The notes beneath the pieces were generated by a model. It saw nothing but the letters and a program-made list of their open reading frames with translations. It was not told the DNA's origin and made no database searches. A stretch of 64,000 bases of DNA from an uncultured Gemmatimonadaceae bacterium (GTDB lineage Bacteria > Gemmatimonadota > Gemmatimonadetes > Gemmatimonadales > GWC2-71-9). Each line of letters opens with the position of its first letter. Within the stretch, counting starts at the first letter, position 1. Positions 17,754-27,000 of this stretch are shown piece after piece. The position numbers and the translations under genes were made by a program. Location: the NCBI GenBank assembly GCA_964574295.1, contig CAZNLY010000003.1:56881-120880 (forward strand). Direction: 5' to 3'.

Positions 17754-19369
17754 GCCGTGGGCTCGAGCGCGAGTGGAACGAGGTCGAGGAGTTCGTCGAG
17801 GAGGGGGCGAAGGGCGGGGAGGGCGGCCCCGGCCCGCAGGAGCGCGGCGAGCTCGCGGCGGACGGTGTCGGCCCTGCGGAGGGCGGCGTCCCCTCGGTAG
17901 AGCAGGGAGGCAATGTCCACCGCCTCCTCGGCGGCGGAGGCGGGCCGCGGGGCCGGCGGTGCCGCGGCCCCGTTGCCGCGGGGGGCCTCGCCCGAAAGGC
18001 GGGCGTAGGTCAGGAAGCTGCCGGCCAGCGTGGCGTCCTCCCGCGGGCCGGAACTTGGCGCACTGGGTGCGAGCACTTCGACCGGGACGGCGTCCTCGTC
18101 GGGGGCCAGCGCCTCAATCGGCACCACCGCCTCGGCCCCCTGGCCCAGCACCGCGGCCAGGCCGGCCAGCTCAGTGGCCGCCTGCGCCGGGTCGGTGCGA
18201 GGGGTGAGACCGCGGATCAGCGAGCCGGCCGAGCGGAGCGCCGCGCAGAAGCCGAGGGGATCGCCGGTGGCGCTCCCGGTGACGACGGCCATCCGGGCGG
18301 CGCGCCCGAACGCGTCGAGGGCGTGCCCGATGCTGGGCGCCGCCGCGAGCCGCGGGGAATCGAGGGCGCCGGTGAGGCTGTAGAGCCGAAGGTCGCGTTC
18401 GGTGGCGGTGCCCGCCCGCTCGAGCTCGTCGGCGGCGTGCACCAGGTACTCGCCATGGGTCATCATCTCGACCGAGCCAAGCGTCACCGCGCTCGGCGGC
18501 TCCGCCCCGGCCCCCACCTGCACCAGGCTGGGCTGGCCGTCCGGGGCCAGCGCGGCGATATCCAGGACATCGCGGTCGTCGGCCAGCCGCCGGATGAGGA
18601 GCACGGCAAACCGGCGGGCCTCGGGCGAGTCCGTGGCCGGCTTGCCCTGGTCGGCCACGTCGCGCGAGGCGCGGGTGAGGGCCTGGGCGGCGGCGTCGAA
18701 GACCTCGACGACGCCGCTGGGCGGGGCCGGGGTCCTGAGCAGCGCGCCCACGGCGAGCTCGAGGCTGTCGAGCAGCTCGGGCAGCGGTGCCAGGTCGGAG
18801 AGCGCCGCCAGTCCGCGGAGCGACTGCATCCGCTTGAGGATGTTGTGGAGCGGCTCGCGCGCCGCGGGATCGGCCTCGAGGGCGCGCGCAGCGCGGTCGA
18901 GGGCGCTGGCCACGAGCGCCCCCTCGCGCGCCACGAAGGCGCGGACCCCGGCGTTGAGCTCGCCGCGGCTCCGGGCGGCGGGGCGGCTCCCCTCCGGGGG
19001 GCGGCCGCTGATGGACTCGAGGGTCTGGGAGAGCCGCTCGGCGCGGGCGGTGTCATCGGCCGTCCAGGTGCGGGCCTGCCGGACGAGGGCGCGGAGGTCG
19101 TCCACCGCCTGCCCGACGATCTCGGCGAGCATCGCGTCCCACGGCCGGACCTGCTGATGGTAGGCCCGCGCCACCCCCTCGAGCGCGCCGGCGGCCCGGG
19201 TGATGTCGGGCTGGTTGGCCATGAGCGCCGACCCGCGGAGGGCCCGGGCGTACCGCACGAACTCGTCGGCGGGCGGTCCGCCGTCGGTGCCGGCCAGCCG
19301 CGCGAGCCGCTCGAGGTACTCACCCGCTTCGAGCGCGAAGAAATCCGTGGGGCCGAGGGGAGTTGGCAT
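17750..19369 (-). CDS. Hypothetical Ala/Leu-rich cytoplasmic protein with two degenerate (His-less) HPt-like motifs
   Basis: 539-aa ORF with consistent high GC3. It has no TM helix and no signal peptide. Residues 9-70 and 171-210 resemble HPt helices, with 'RYARALRGSA' and 'KRMQSLRGLA' in place of 'RxAHxLKGxA'. Confidence 0.55.
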   Translation of the reverse strand: MPTPLGPTDFFALEAGEYLERLARLAGTDGGPPADEFVRYARALRGSALMANQPDITRAAGALEGVARAYHQQVRPWDAMLAEIVGQAVDDLRALVRQARTWTADDTARAERLSQTLESISGRPPEGSRPAARSRGELNAGVRAFVAREGALVASALDRAARALEADPAAREPLHNILKRMQSLRGLAALSDLAPLPELLDSLELAVGALLRTPAPPSGVVEVFDAAAQALTRASRDVADQGKPATDSPEARRFAVLLIRRLADDRDVLDIAALAPDGQPSLVQVGAGAEPPSAVTLGSVEMMTHGEYLVHAADELERAGTATERDLRLYSLTGALDSPRLAAAPSIGHALDAFGRAARMAVVTGSATGDPLGFCAALRSAGSLIRGLTPRTDPAQAATELAGLAAVLGQGAEAVVPIEALAPDEDAVPVEVLAPSAPSSGPREDATLAGSFLTYARLSGEAPRGNGAAAPPAPRPASAAEEAVDIASLLYRGDAALRRADTVRRELAALLRAGAALPALRPLLDELLDLVPLALEPTA

Positions 19370-19375
19370 CTCGAC

Positions 19376-20137
19376 TCAAGTTAGGGCAGGGGGGGAATCT
19401 CGGAAAGCCTTGCCGGCGCGCCCGGCGTCCATCAGCTCCCGCATGGTCCGCACGGCGGCCTCCATCCCGTCGAAGACGGCCCGGCTCACGATGCTGTGCC
19501 CGATGTTGAGCTCCTCGATCTGGGGAACCGCGGCCACGGGACCGACGTTGAGGTACGTCAGGCCGTGGCCGGCGTGCACCGCGAGGCCGAGGTCGGCGGC
19601 GTGTTCCGCCGCCTGCCGCAGGTGGGCCAGGGCGGCGGGGTCAGTGCGCCAACGCCGGGCGTATTCGCCGGTGTGGAGTTCGATGGCGGGGACGCCGAGG
19701 TCCTTGGCGGCATCGATGGCGTCGAGGGTGGGGTCGATGAAGAGGCTCACCCGGCACCCCGCCTCCTCGAGCCGGCGAATGGCGGCGCGGAGCCTGGCGT
19801 CGCGCGAGCTGACGCGGAGCCCGCCCTCGGTGGTCACCTCCTCCCGGCGCTCCGGGACGAGGGTGGCCTGGTGCGGACGGAGCCGGCAGGCGAGCGCCAG
19901 GGTTTCGTCGTGCAGCGCCAGCTCGAGGTTGAGGGGCGGCGGCACCGTGCGCGCGAGCGCGTGGATGTCGGCATCCTGGATGTGGCGGCGATCCTCGCGC
20001 AGGTGGGCGGTGATCCCGTCGGCGCCGCCGGCCAGGGCCGCGCGCGCCGCCGCCACCGGGTCGGGTTCGTCGGTGCGCCGCGCCTGCCGCAGGGTGGCAA
20101 CGTGGTCGATGTTCACGTACAACCGGAGTGGCGTCAT
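19376..20137 (-). CDS. pdxJ: Pyridoxine 5'-phosphate synthase
   Basis: '[17 protein letters not shown]...[16 protein letters not shown]...NLE.A....TLVPE.R.E.TTEGGL...IELHTG.YA...HAGHGL.Y.N'. Confidence 0.9.
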   Translation of the reverse strand: MTPLRLYVNIDHVATLRQARRTDEPDPVAAARAALAGGADGITAHLREDRRHIQDADIHALARTVPPPLNLELALHDETLALACRLRPHQATLVPERREEVTTEGGLRVSSRDARLRAAIRRLEEAGCRVSLFIDPTLDAIDAAKDLGVPAIELHTGEYARRWRTDPAALAHLRQAAEHAADLGLAVHAGHGLTYLNVGPVAAVPQIEELNIGHSIVSRAVFDGMEAAVRTMRELMDAGRAGKAFRDSPPALT

Positions 20138-20197
20138 TGCTCGCGCTCCGTGCGCCGTTTACGTTTCGTGCAGACCCCGACACAAGGCGGAAATCCC

Positions 20198-20644
20198 GTG
20201 CCCCAGCGCCTCGTTCCCCTGTTGTTCCTTGTCGCGGCGTGCGCCGGCGGCAGCGCCGGGTCGGCGGCCAACAGCTCCCCCGAAAACACCGTCAAGGCGT
20301 TCCTGGCCGCGGCGCGCGACACCAACACCGCGCTGATGGCCAACTACTGGGGCGGGCCCGATGGCCCCGCGGGCCAGACCAAGAAGCCGGCGGACTACGA
20401 GAAGCGCATCGACATCATGCAGCGCTACCTCGTCAACGACTCGGTCTCCGTGGTGTCGATCGGCAAGGTGTCGGGCAGCCCCGACCAGGTGTCGGTGACG
20501 GTCCGGATCTTCCGCGGCAACTGCCGGAGCCTGGTGCCGTTCACGGCCGGGCCGTGGAAGCACCTCTGGCTGATCCAGGACATTGACCTGTCCGCGGCCG
20601 GCAATCCGGCCCGCAAGTGCGACGCGAACGGCAACCCGATCTAG
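20198..20644 (+). CDS. Hypothetical small lipoprotein
   Basis: GTG at 20198, preceded by AAGGCGG. The N-terminus 'VPQRLVPLLFLVAACAGG' is a lipobox (L-V-A-A-C). 148 aa. This is the 3' part of track ORF 19496..20644. Confidence 0.6.
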   Translation: MPQRLVPLLFLVAACAGGSAGSAANSSPENTVKAFLAAARDTNTALMANYWGGPDGPAGQTKKPADYEKRIDIMQRYLVNDSVSVVSIGKVSGSPDQVSVTVRIFRGNCRSLVPFTAGPWKHLWLIQDIDLSAAGNPARKCDANGNPI

Positions 20645-20663
20645 CGCGGCGAACGGCGCCGCG
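20645..20663. terminator. Hairpin that fills the entire 19-nt gap between convergent genes
   Basis: CGCGGCG (20645-51), loop AACGG, then CGCCGCG (20657-63). It is flanked directly by the TAG at 20642-44 (+) and the TGA at complement 20664-66 (-). There is no U-tract. Confidence 0.35.
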
Positions 20664-21059
20664 TCATTCGGTGAGCTCGATCAGGGTGCCGGCGGTGGAC
20701 TTGGGGTGCAGGAAGGCAATGCGGCAGCCGCCGGCGCCCTGGCGGGGCGCCTCGTCCACCAGCTGGAACCCGGCGGCCCGGGCCGCCGCGAGGGCGGCGT
20801 CGAGGTTCCGCACCCGGTAGCACACATGGTGAATGCCGGGCCCGCGGCGCTCCAGGAACCGGGCAATCGGCGAGTCCGGGTCGACGGGCTCGAGCAGCTC
20901 GACCTCGGACTCGCCGAAGGACAGCGACGCGATGCGGGCGCCGTCGGCCTGTTCCTCGTGATGGGGGGTGAGTCCCAGCACGTCGTGGTAGAACCGCAGC
21001 GCCTCCCCGAGGTCGCGCACCGCGATCCCGACATGGGCAATGCGTGGGGTGTCCGGCAC
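20664..21059 (-). CDS. mce: Methylmalonyl-CoA epimerase (VOC/glyoxalase family)
   Basis: 'IAHVGIAVRDLGEALRFY.DVLGL......E......V....G....ELLEP....SPIA.FLE.RGPGIHHVCY.V.....A........G......AP..GA.G..IAFLHPKST.G.LIEL'. GTG start at 21059, 131 aa. Confidence 0.8.
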   Translation of the reverse strand: MPDTPRIAHVGIAVRDLGEALRFYHDVLGLTPHHEEQADGARIASLSFGESEVELLEPVDPDSPIARFLERRGPGIHHVCYRVRNLDAALAAARAAGFQLVDEAPRQGAGGCRIAFLHPKSTAGTLIELTE

Positions 21060-21151
21060 GGGCGCTCCGGTTGGAAGTCGTGAGGTTCGCAACAACTTAA
21101 CTGCGGGGCGCGCGGCTGCGCACCCTGCCGCACACGAAAGGCAGTTCGGAC

Positions 21152-21484
21152 ATGGGGCAGCACACACTCGACGTGACGGAAACCACCTTCGCTTCCGAGG
21201 TGGAGCAGCGGAAGGGACTCGTGCTCGTGGACTTCTGGGCCACCTGGTGCGGGCCCTGCCTGATCATTGCGCCGGTGCTCGACCAGCTGGCCAAGGACTA
21301 CGAGGGCAAGGTGCGGGTGGCCAAGCTCGACGTGGACACCAACCAGCGGGTGGCGGCGCGGTTCAACGTCCGCTCCATCCCGTCCATCCTCTTCTTCAAG
21401 GACGGCAAGCACGTGGACACGGTCATCGGGGCGCAGCCCAAGCCGGTGATCGAGTCGAAGATCCAGCACCACCTCGCGGCGTAA
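21152..21484 (+). CDS. trxA: Thioredoxin
   Basis: 'LVLVDFWATWCGPCLIIAPVLDQLA..Y.GKV.VAKLDVD.N......F.VRSIPSILFFKDG' with the WCGPC active site, 110 aa. Confidence 0.9.
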   Translation: MGQHTLDVTETTFASEVEQRKGLVLVDFWATWCGPCLIIAPVLDQLAKDYEGKVRVAKLDVDTNQRVAARFNVRSIPSILFFKDGKHVDTVIGAQPKPVIESKIQHHLAA

Positions 21485-21508
21485 GGCGCCGCAGCCCGGG
21501 CCGCCCCC

Positions 21509-22552
21509 ATGGGCGGCCTGGCCCGCCGAGGGCCTATGCGCGTCAGCGGCACCCGCCTCCTGCATTCCGCGATCCGCCTGAGCGACGTGGCCTTTCCCGC
21601 GTCGGAAACGCTCCTCGCGCGCACCCGCCTCATCTATGTCCACCTCGACAACCTGCTCTCGTTCGCCAAGCGCGACCGGGACGGCAAGGTGGATGCCTAC
21701 TTCCTGGGCTATCTCCCCGACGAGTTGATCCTCCTCTTCTTCCAGAAGGGGGAGCTGGTCACAGCGGCGGGAATCGGGTCGGGGCAGCGGGGCATCCTGC
21801 CGGTGGCCGAGGCGGTCCGCCGCCTCAAGGCGGATCCCGAACGGGGCGAGGCCGCCTACTGTGCCGCCCCGCTGGCCCAGCTGGAGCTCATGTACCAGGC
21901 GTGCGCCGCCCCGGCCGAGCCCTATGTGGTGGACTCGAAGCACCCGGAGCTCGTGTTCCCGCGGGTGGCGGAAGAGGGGCTGACGGGCGCGCTGGAAATC
22001 ATCTCCAACGGGCGCGTCAACTACCTCCAGTTCGACCACGGGAAGTTCACCGGCGGCTTTTTCTACGCCAAGCCGGACACGGTATCGCTCCCCGCCTATA
22101 TCGAGGGGCTGTTCCATCCCGGCGTCGACGGCGCCCAGCCCGCGCTCGCGGTGAGCGGCGTCCCGCCCGCCGCCGGCCTCCCGGTGCAGGCCCTCGCCTC
22201 GCAGGTGCGGATGTACCGCGAGCTCTTCCTGCGGATTTCCCACGCCATCGAGAGCGAACTGCCGGAGGAGGGTCTCCGCCGGGTGGATCGTGTCACCGCG
22301 CGGATCCTCCCCGTCCGCCCCGCCCTCGAGGCACTGCTGCCGTCGAACGGCGGCGATCCGTCGATGGTGGCCACCGCGGCCGCCGAGCTCACCAGCGTGC
22401 TCGCGGCGTGGACCGGGGCACTGCTCACCGAGGTGGAGGTGGTGTCGCCCGGCGCGGGTCCCCGGATCCTGCAGGAAGCCACCCGCGAGCAGCGCCATCT
22501 CCTGCAGGCTGCCGGCTTCTATGCCCACTTTCCCTGGAGCCTCTCCTGGTAG
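21509..22552 (+). CDS. Hypothetical cytoplasmic protein (no family recognised)
   Basis: 347-aa ORF with no TM helix or signal peptide and coding-like GC3. An alternative start lies at 21536 (MRVSGTRLL). It follows trxA after a 24-nt gap. Confidence 0.5.
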   Translation: MGGLARRGPMRVSGTRLLHSAIRLSDVAFPASETLLARTRLIYVHLDNLLSFAKRDRDGKVDAYFLGYLPDELILLFFQKGELVTAAGIGSGQRGILPVAEAVRRLKADPERGEAAYCAAPLAQLELMYQACAAPAEPYVVDSKHPELVFPRVAEEGLTGALEIISNGRVNYLQFDHGKFTGGFFYAKPDTVSLPAYIEGLFHPGVDGAQPALAVSGVPPAAGLPVQALASQVRMYRELFLRISHAIESELPEEGLRRVDRVTARILPVRPALEALLPSNGGDPSMVATAAAELTSVLAAWTGALLTEVEVVSPGAGPRILQEATREQRHLLQAAGFYAHFPWSLSW

Positions 22553-23382
22553 CGCCGGGCACCCTGTACGTCGTCGCCACGCCGCTCGGTCACCTGGGAG
22601 ACCTCACCGCCCGCGCCGCCGACACGCTCCGCTCCGTCCCCCTGGTGGCCGCCGAGGACACCCGGCGCACGCGCATCCTCCTCGACCACCTCGGCGCGCA
22701 TCCCCGCCTGCTGGCGGTGCACGAGCACTCCGAGGCGGAACAGGCGCCGAGCGTGGTGGCGCACCTCGCAGAGGGGCGTTCCGTGGCGCTGGTGACCGAC
22801 GCCGGCACCCCGGGGGTGAGCGATCCGGGCGCACGCCTCGTCCGCGCGGTGCGCGACGCCGGCCTGCCTGTCGTCCCCGTTCCCGGCCCGTCCGCCGTGG
22901 CCACCGCGCTCTCCGCCTCGGGCGTCCCGGCGGACCGGTACCTCTTCCTCGGCTTCCCGGCCCGGAAAGGGAAGGAGCGCGCCGCCGACCTCGCGCGGGC
23001 CGCCTCGGAGCGGTGGGCGGTCGTCTTCTATGAGGCGCCGGCCCGCCTGGCGGGCCTGCTCGCCGACCTCGGCGAGGCCTGCGGCCCCGACCGGACCGCG
23101 GTGGTGGCACGCGAGCTGACCAAGGTGCACGAGGAGTTCCGGCGGGGGACGCTCAAGGAGCTCGCGGCCTGGTATGACGCCCACCCGCCCAAGGGGGAGG
23201 TCACGCTTGTCCTCGAGGGGGCGGCGCTGGAGGACCCGGCGCCCGATGCGTCCACGGTCCGCGAGGCGGCGGCCGCCCTTCTCGCCCAGGGGCTCAGCCG
23301 GAAGGACGTGGTGGGCCGGTTGACGGCATCCACCGGTCTTTCCCGTAATGCCGTGTACCGCCTCGTGATGGAGCTGCCGTGA
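22546..23382 (+). CDS. rsmI: 16S rRNA (cytidine1402-2'-O)-methyltransferase. The start is uncertain: CTG at 22546 or 22534, or GTG at 22408.
   Basis: 'GTLYVVATPLGHLGDLTARAADTLRSVPLVAAEDTRRTR.LL.H......L...HEH.E......V...L..G.SVALV.DAGTPGVSDPG..LV.A....G..V.P.PG.SA...AL..SG'. The nearest in-frame canonical start upstream of this conserved N-terminus is the GTG at 22408, 145 nt inside the previous gene. Confidence 0.8.
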   Translation: MVAPGTLYVVATPLGHLGDLTARAADTLRSVPLVAAEDTRRTRILLDHLGAHPRLLAVHEHSEAEQAPSVVAHLAEGRSVALVTDAGTPGVSDPGARLVRAVRDAGLPVVPVPGPSAVATALSASGVPADRYLFLGFPARKGKERAADLARAASERWAVVFYEAPARLAGLLADLGEACGPDRTAVVARELTKVHEEFRRGTLKELAAWYDAHPPKGEVTLVLEGAALEDPAPDASTVREAAAALLAQGLSRKDVVGRLTASTGLSRNAVYRLVMELP

Positions 23383-24044
23383 TCCGACCCGCCGTCGCCC
23401 TTGCCCTGGCCCTCGCGGCGGCAGCGCCCCTGCCGGCCCAGGACGAGGGGGTCACGATCGGGCGCCTCCACTACGACGGCGGGGGCGACTGGTACGCCAA
23501 CCCATCGAGCCTGCCCAACCTGCTGGCCGCGGTGCGCCGGGAAACGAGCATCCGGACCACAGAGCGCGAGGTGGTGGTGAGCCTGGCAGAGCCGTCGCTC
23601 TGGGAGGTGCCGTACCTGTACATGACGGGCCACGGCAACGTGCGCTTCAGCGACGACGACCTGGTGACCCTCCGCCGCTTCCTGCTGCGGGGCGGCTTCC
23701 TCCACGCCGACGACAACTACGGGATGGACAGTTCGCTGCGGCGGGAGCTCGCACGGCTCTTTCCTGACCGGCCCCTCGAGGAAGTGCCGCTGGACCATCC
23801 GATCTATCACATGGTCTACGACTTTCCGCGGGGCGTGCCCAAGATCCACGAGCACGACGGCAAGCCGGCGCAGGGATTCGGCATCTTCCTCGACGGCCGG
23901 CTCGCCGTCTACTACACCTACCAGTCCGACCTCGGCGACGGCTGGGAAGACCCCGACGTGCATCGCGACCCTCCCGAGATCCGGGAGCAGGCGCTTCGCA
24001 TGGGCGTGAACCTCGTCGCCTACGCGGTGGCGACCGGCCAGTGA
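23379..24044 (+). CDS. Secreted DUF4159-type protein (class-I glutamine-amidotransferase-like fold family)
   Basis: Signal peptide MIRPAVALALALAAAAPLPAQ. 'LHYDGGGDWYANPSSLPNLL...VPYLYMTGHGNVRFSDDDLVTLRRFLLRGGFLHADDNYG' matches my memory of DUF4159. The GTG overlaps the rsmI stop (GTGA). Confidence 0.7.
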   Translation: MIRPAVALALALAAAAPLPAQDEGVTIGRLHYDGGGDWYANPSSLPNLLAAVRRETSIRTTEREVVVSLAEPSLWEVPYLYMTGHGNVRFSDDDLVTLRRFLLRGGFLHADDNYGMDSSLRRELARLFPDRPLEEVPLDHPIYHMVYDFPRGVPKIHEHDGKPAQGFGIFLDGRLAVYYTYQSDLGDGWEDPDVHRDPPEIREQALRMGVNLVAYAVATGQ

Positions 24045-27000
24045 CCGCCGCCACCCGCACCGCCCTCGATGGGCTGGCCCGGCCGCGGGGCCGGATGGCC
24101 TCTGCCATCGGAGGATTGCTGGCGTTGGCGGTGGCGCTGACGGCACTCGCCGCCGCGGCGTGGCTTGCGCGCGGGGGCGTCGTGCGGACCCCGTGGTGGG
24201 TGCCGGCGGCGTGGGTCGCCGCGGTGGCCGGTGCGTCGGCTTGCGCGCTCCTGGCCATCCGGCGGGTGCGGGCCGCCGGGCCGACCGCGATTGCGCTGAG
24301 GCTCGAACGTGAGGGGCACTGGCGGCGCGGTGCCCTCACCGGCGTCCTGGACACCCCCGCCGCTGGCGTCAGCGGCGACCTGCTCACCCTGGCCGATCAG
24401 GCGCGCGCCGACGAGCTGGCGGTCCGCGGGGCCGTGGCCCTGGCGCCATTCGACGCCGCCCTCCGCACCGAGCGGCGCCTGGGCATCGGCCTCCTCCTCC
24501 TGGCCGTGCTGGGCCTCCTCGGCGCGGGGCCGACCCGCGCCCCGGTGCACCTCCTCTGGCACCCGGCCGGCGCGCTGGCCCTCGCCCTCGGCGACGTGTC
24601 CATCGACGCCAGCGCGCGGGCGGTGGACCGCGGCGCCGGGGTGACGCTCACCATCCGCGCTCCGGGCCGGACCCACGCGACGCTCTGGCGACGGGAGCCG
24701 GGGGAGGGGTGGGGCCCCGTGGAGCTGGCGCTCGACGCCTCGGGCGAGGCGCGACTCACCACCGATGGCCTCACGAGCGATCTCTTCGCGCACGCCACGA
24801 GCGGCGGGCGGTCGTCGGACACCCTGCGCATCGAGGTGCGCGTGCCGCCGTTCCTCGGCGCGGCAGCCGTCACCGCCCACTACCCGGCCTATCTCGGATT
24901 GGAGGAGGAGCCGGTGGCCTTCGGCCCCGATTCGCTGCTCCTTCCGGAAGGGACCCGGCTCTCGGTCGAGGGCGAGGCCACCGCCGACTTGGCGTCCGCC
25001 GAATGGGCGGGGCCGCGCGACACCGTCCGGCTCGAGGTCGATGGCCACAGCTTCCGCGGGCGCATCGTTCCCGACGCCTCGGGTGCCTACCGGCTCATCG
25101 TGACGACGACCTCGGGCGTGGCGCTCGGGGGCGACGACGCGGCGTTGGCCATCCGTATGGTGCCCGATGCCGCCCCCGAGGTGGCAATCCCGGTCCCGGG
25201 CGAGGACACCCTCGCGCCACTCGGTCTCCGCATTCCGCTCGTGGTGGACGCCCGGGATGACCACGGGCTCACCCACGTCACGGTGGTGAGCCGTCGCATC
25301 AGCCGCCTCGGCGTGGCCGACGCGGAGCGGCGCGAGGTGGTGGCGCTCCCGGAGGGGGCGCCCGATCGCGTGATGGCGCCGTTCCTCCTCGACCTGGAGC
25401 AGCGTGCGCTCCTGCCGGGCGACACCGTGCGCTACTACGCCGAGGCGGTGGACAACGCCCCGCGGCCGCGCGTGGCGCGCTCCCGCGACTACGTGCTGCG
25501 GTTGCCGACGATGGCGGAGGTGCGCGCGGCGGAACGCGCGGCGAGCGAGTCGGTGGGGCAGCAGCTCGACAGCCTGGCCGCGGAAAGCCGGCGCCTGCAG
25601 CGGCAGACGGAAGATCTCTCGCGCGAGGCGCAGCGGCCGGGGGAGGGCGCGGCCACGCGCGGGGAGCAGTCCCTCTCCTTCGAGGCGGCCAAGCGGGCCG
25701 AGGCGGTGGCCCGGCAGCAGGAGGCGCTGATCCGGCAGGCGGAGGAGACGCGCGAGGCGATCGACGCCCTGCAGCGGGCCGCGGAGCAGTCGGGGATGGA
25801 CGACCCCGAGGTGCAGCGCCGGTTGCAGGAGGTGGCGGAGCAACTCGACCGCGCGCTGACGCCCGAGCTTCGGGAGCAGCTGCAGGCGCTGCAGGAGGCC
25901 CTGCGCGACCTCGACGCCGCGCGCACCCAGCAGGCGCTGGAGCAGCTGGCGGAGGCGCAGCGGCAGCTCAAGGAGGCGCTCGAGCGCAGCCAGACCCTCT
26001 TCGACCGCGCCGCACTGGAGGGGGACCTCGCGAATCTTGCCGCCGAGGCGCGGGACCTCGCGCAGGCGCAGCAGGAATGGGCCGACCAGATGAGCCGGAT
26101 GGATTCCGCACGGGCCGCCGCCGAGCAGGCGGCGCTGGCGGAGCGGGCCGACTCGCTGGCGGCGGGGCTCTACCAGGCGGCCTCCGAGGCGGCTGCCAAG
26201 CAGTCGGAGGCGGCGGGAGAGCGGATGGAGGCCACCGCGGCCCAGGCCGATTCCGCGGCCGGCGCGATGGACGCCGCGGCAAAGGCGGCGAGCCAGGGGC
26301 AGCGGCAGGCCGCCCGCCAGCAGGCACAGAAAGCGGCGGGCCAGCTCTCCAAGGTGAGCCAGGAGCTCGACCAGCAACGGGAATCGATGCAGGAGGAGTG
26401 GCGCCAGGAGGTGGTGGACGCCATCGACCGGATGATGGCGGAGACGAGTCGCCTGGCCGACCGCCAGCTCGCCATCACCGAGGCGCTCCGGTCGGGTGAG
26501 GCACCCGCCAATTTCCGGGCCCAGCAGGCAGCGGTGGAAGCCGGCGTCGAGCAACTCACCGAACAATATCGGAAGGCGGCGGGCGAGCACGCGCTGGTAC
26601 CGCCGCAGATCGGGACGACGCTGGAGGCGGCGCGGCGCCAGATGGCCGACGCGCGCGACGCACTCTCGACGGCGGCACCGGGAGAGCGGACGGCGGTGGT
26701 CCGCGCCGGCGAGGCGGTGGACGCCCTCAACGCCGCCGCCTACCAGATGCTGCGGGCCCGCGGCGACGTGCAGGGGGCCGGCTCCGGCTCGGGGCTGCAG
26801 GAAGCCATGGAGCGGATGGCCCAGCTGGCGCAGCAGCAGGGGGCGGTGGGCCAGCAGGGCGCTCAGCTCCTCCCGATGCTCGGCGCGGGCGGCGCCCAGG
26901 AGCAGCTTCGACAGCTCTCCGCCCAGCAGCGCGCGCTGGCCGACCAGCTCGAGCGGCTCCGCGCCGAGACCCAGTCCGCCGGCACGGCGGAACTGGCCGA

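Noticed and set aside
21060-21151. A promoter for trxA or mce in the divergent 92-nt gap (TTGGAA ... TTAACT).
   Set aside because: The best hexamer pair has a 20-nt spacer, and the alternatives match consensus at 3 of 6 positions or fewer. I did not report it as a feature.
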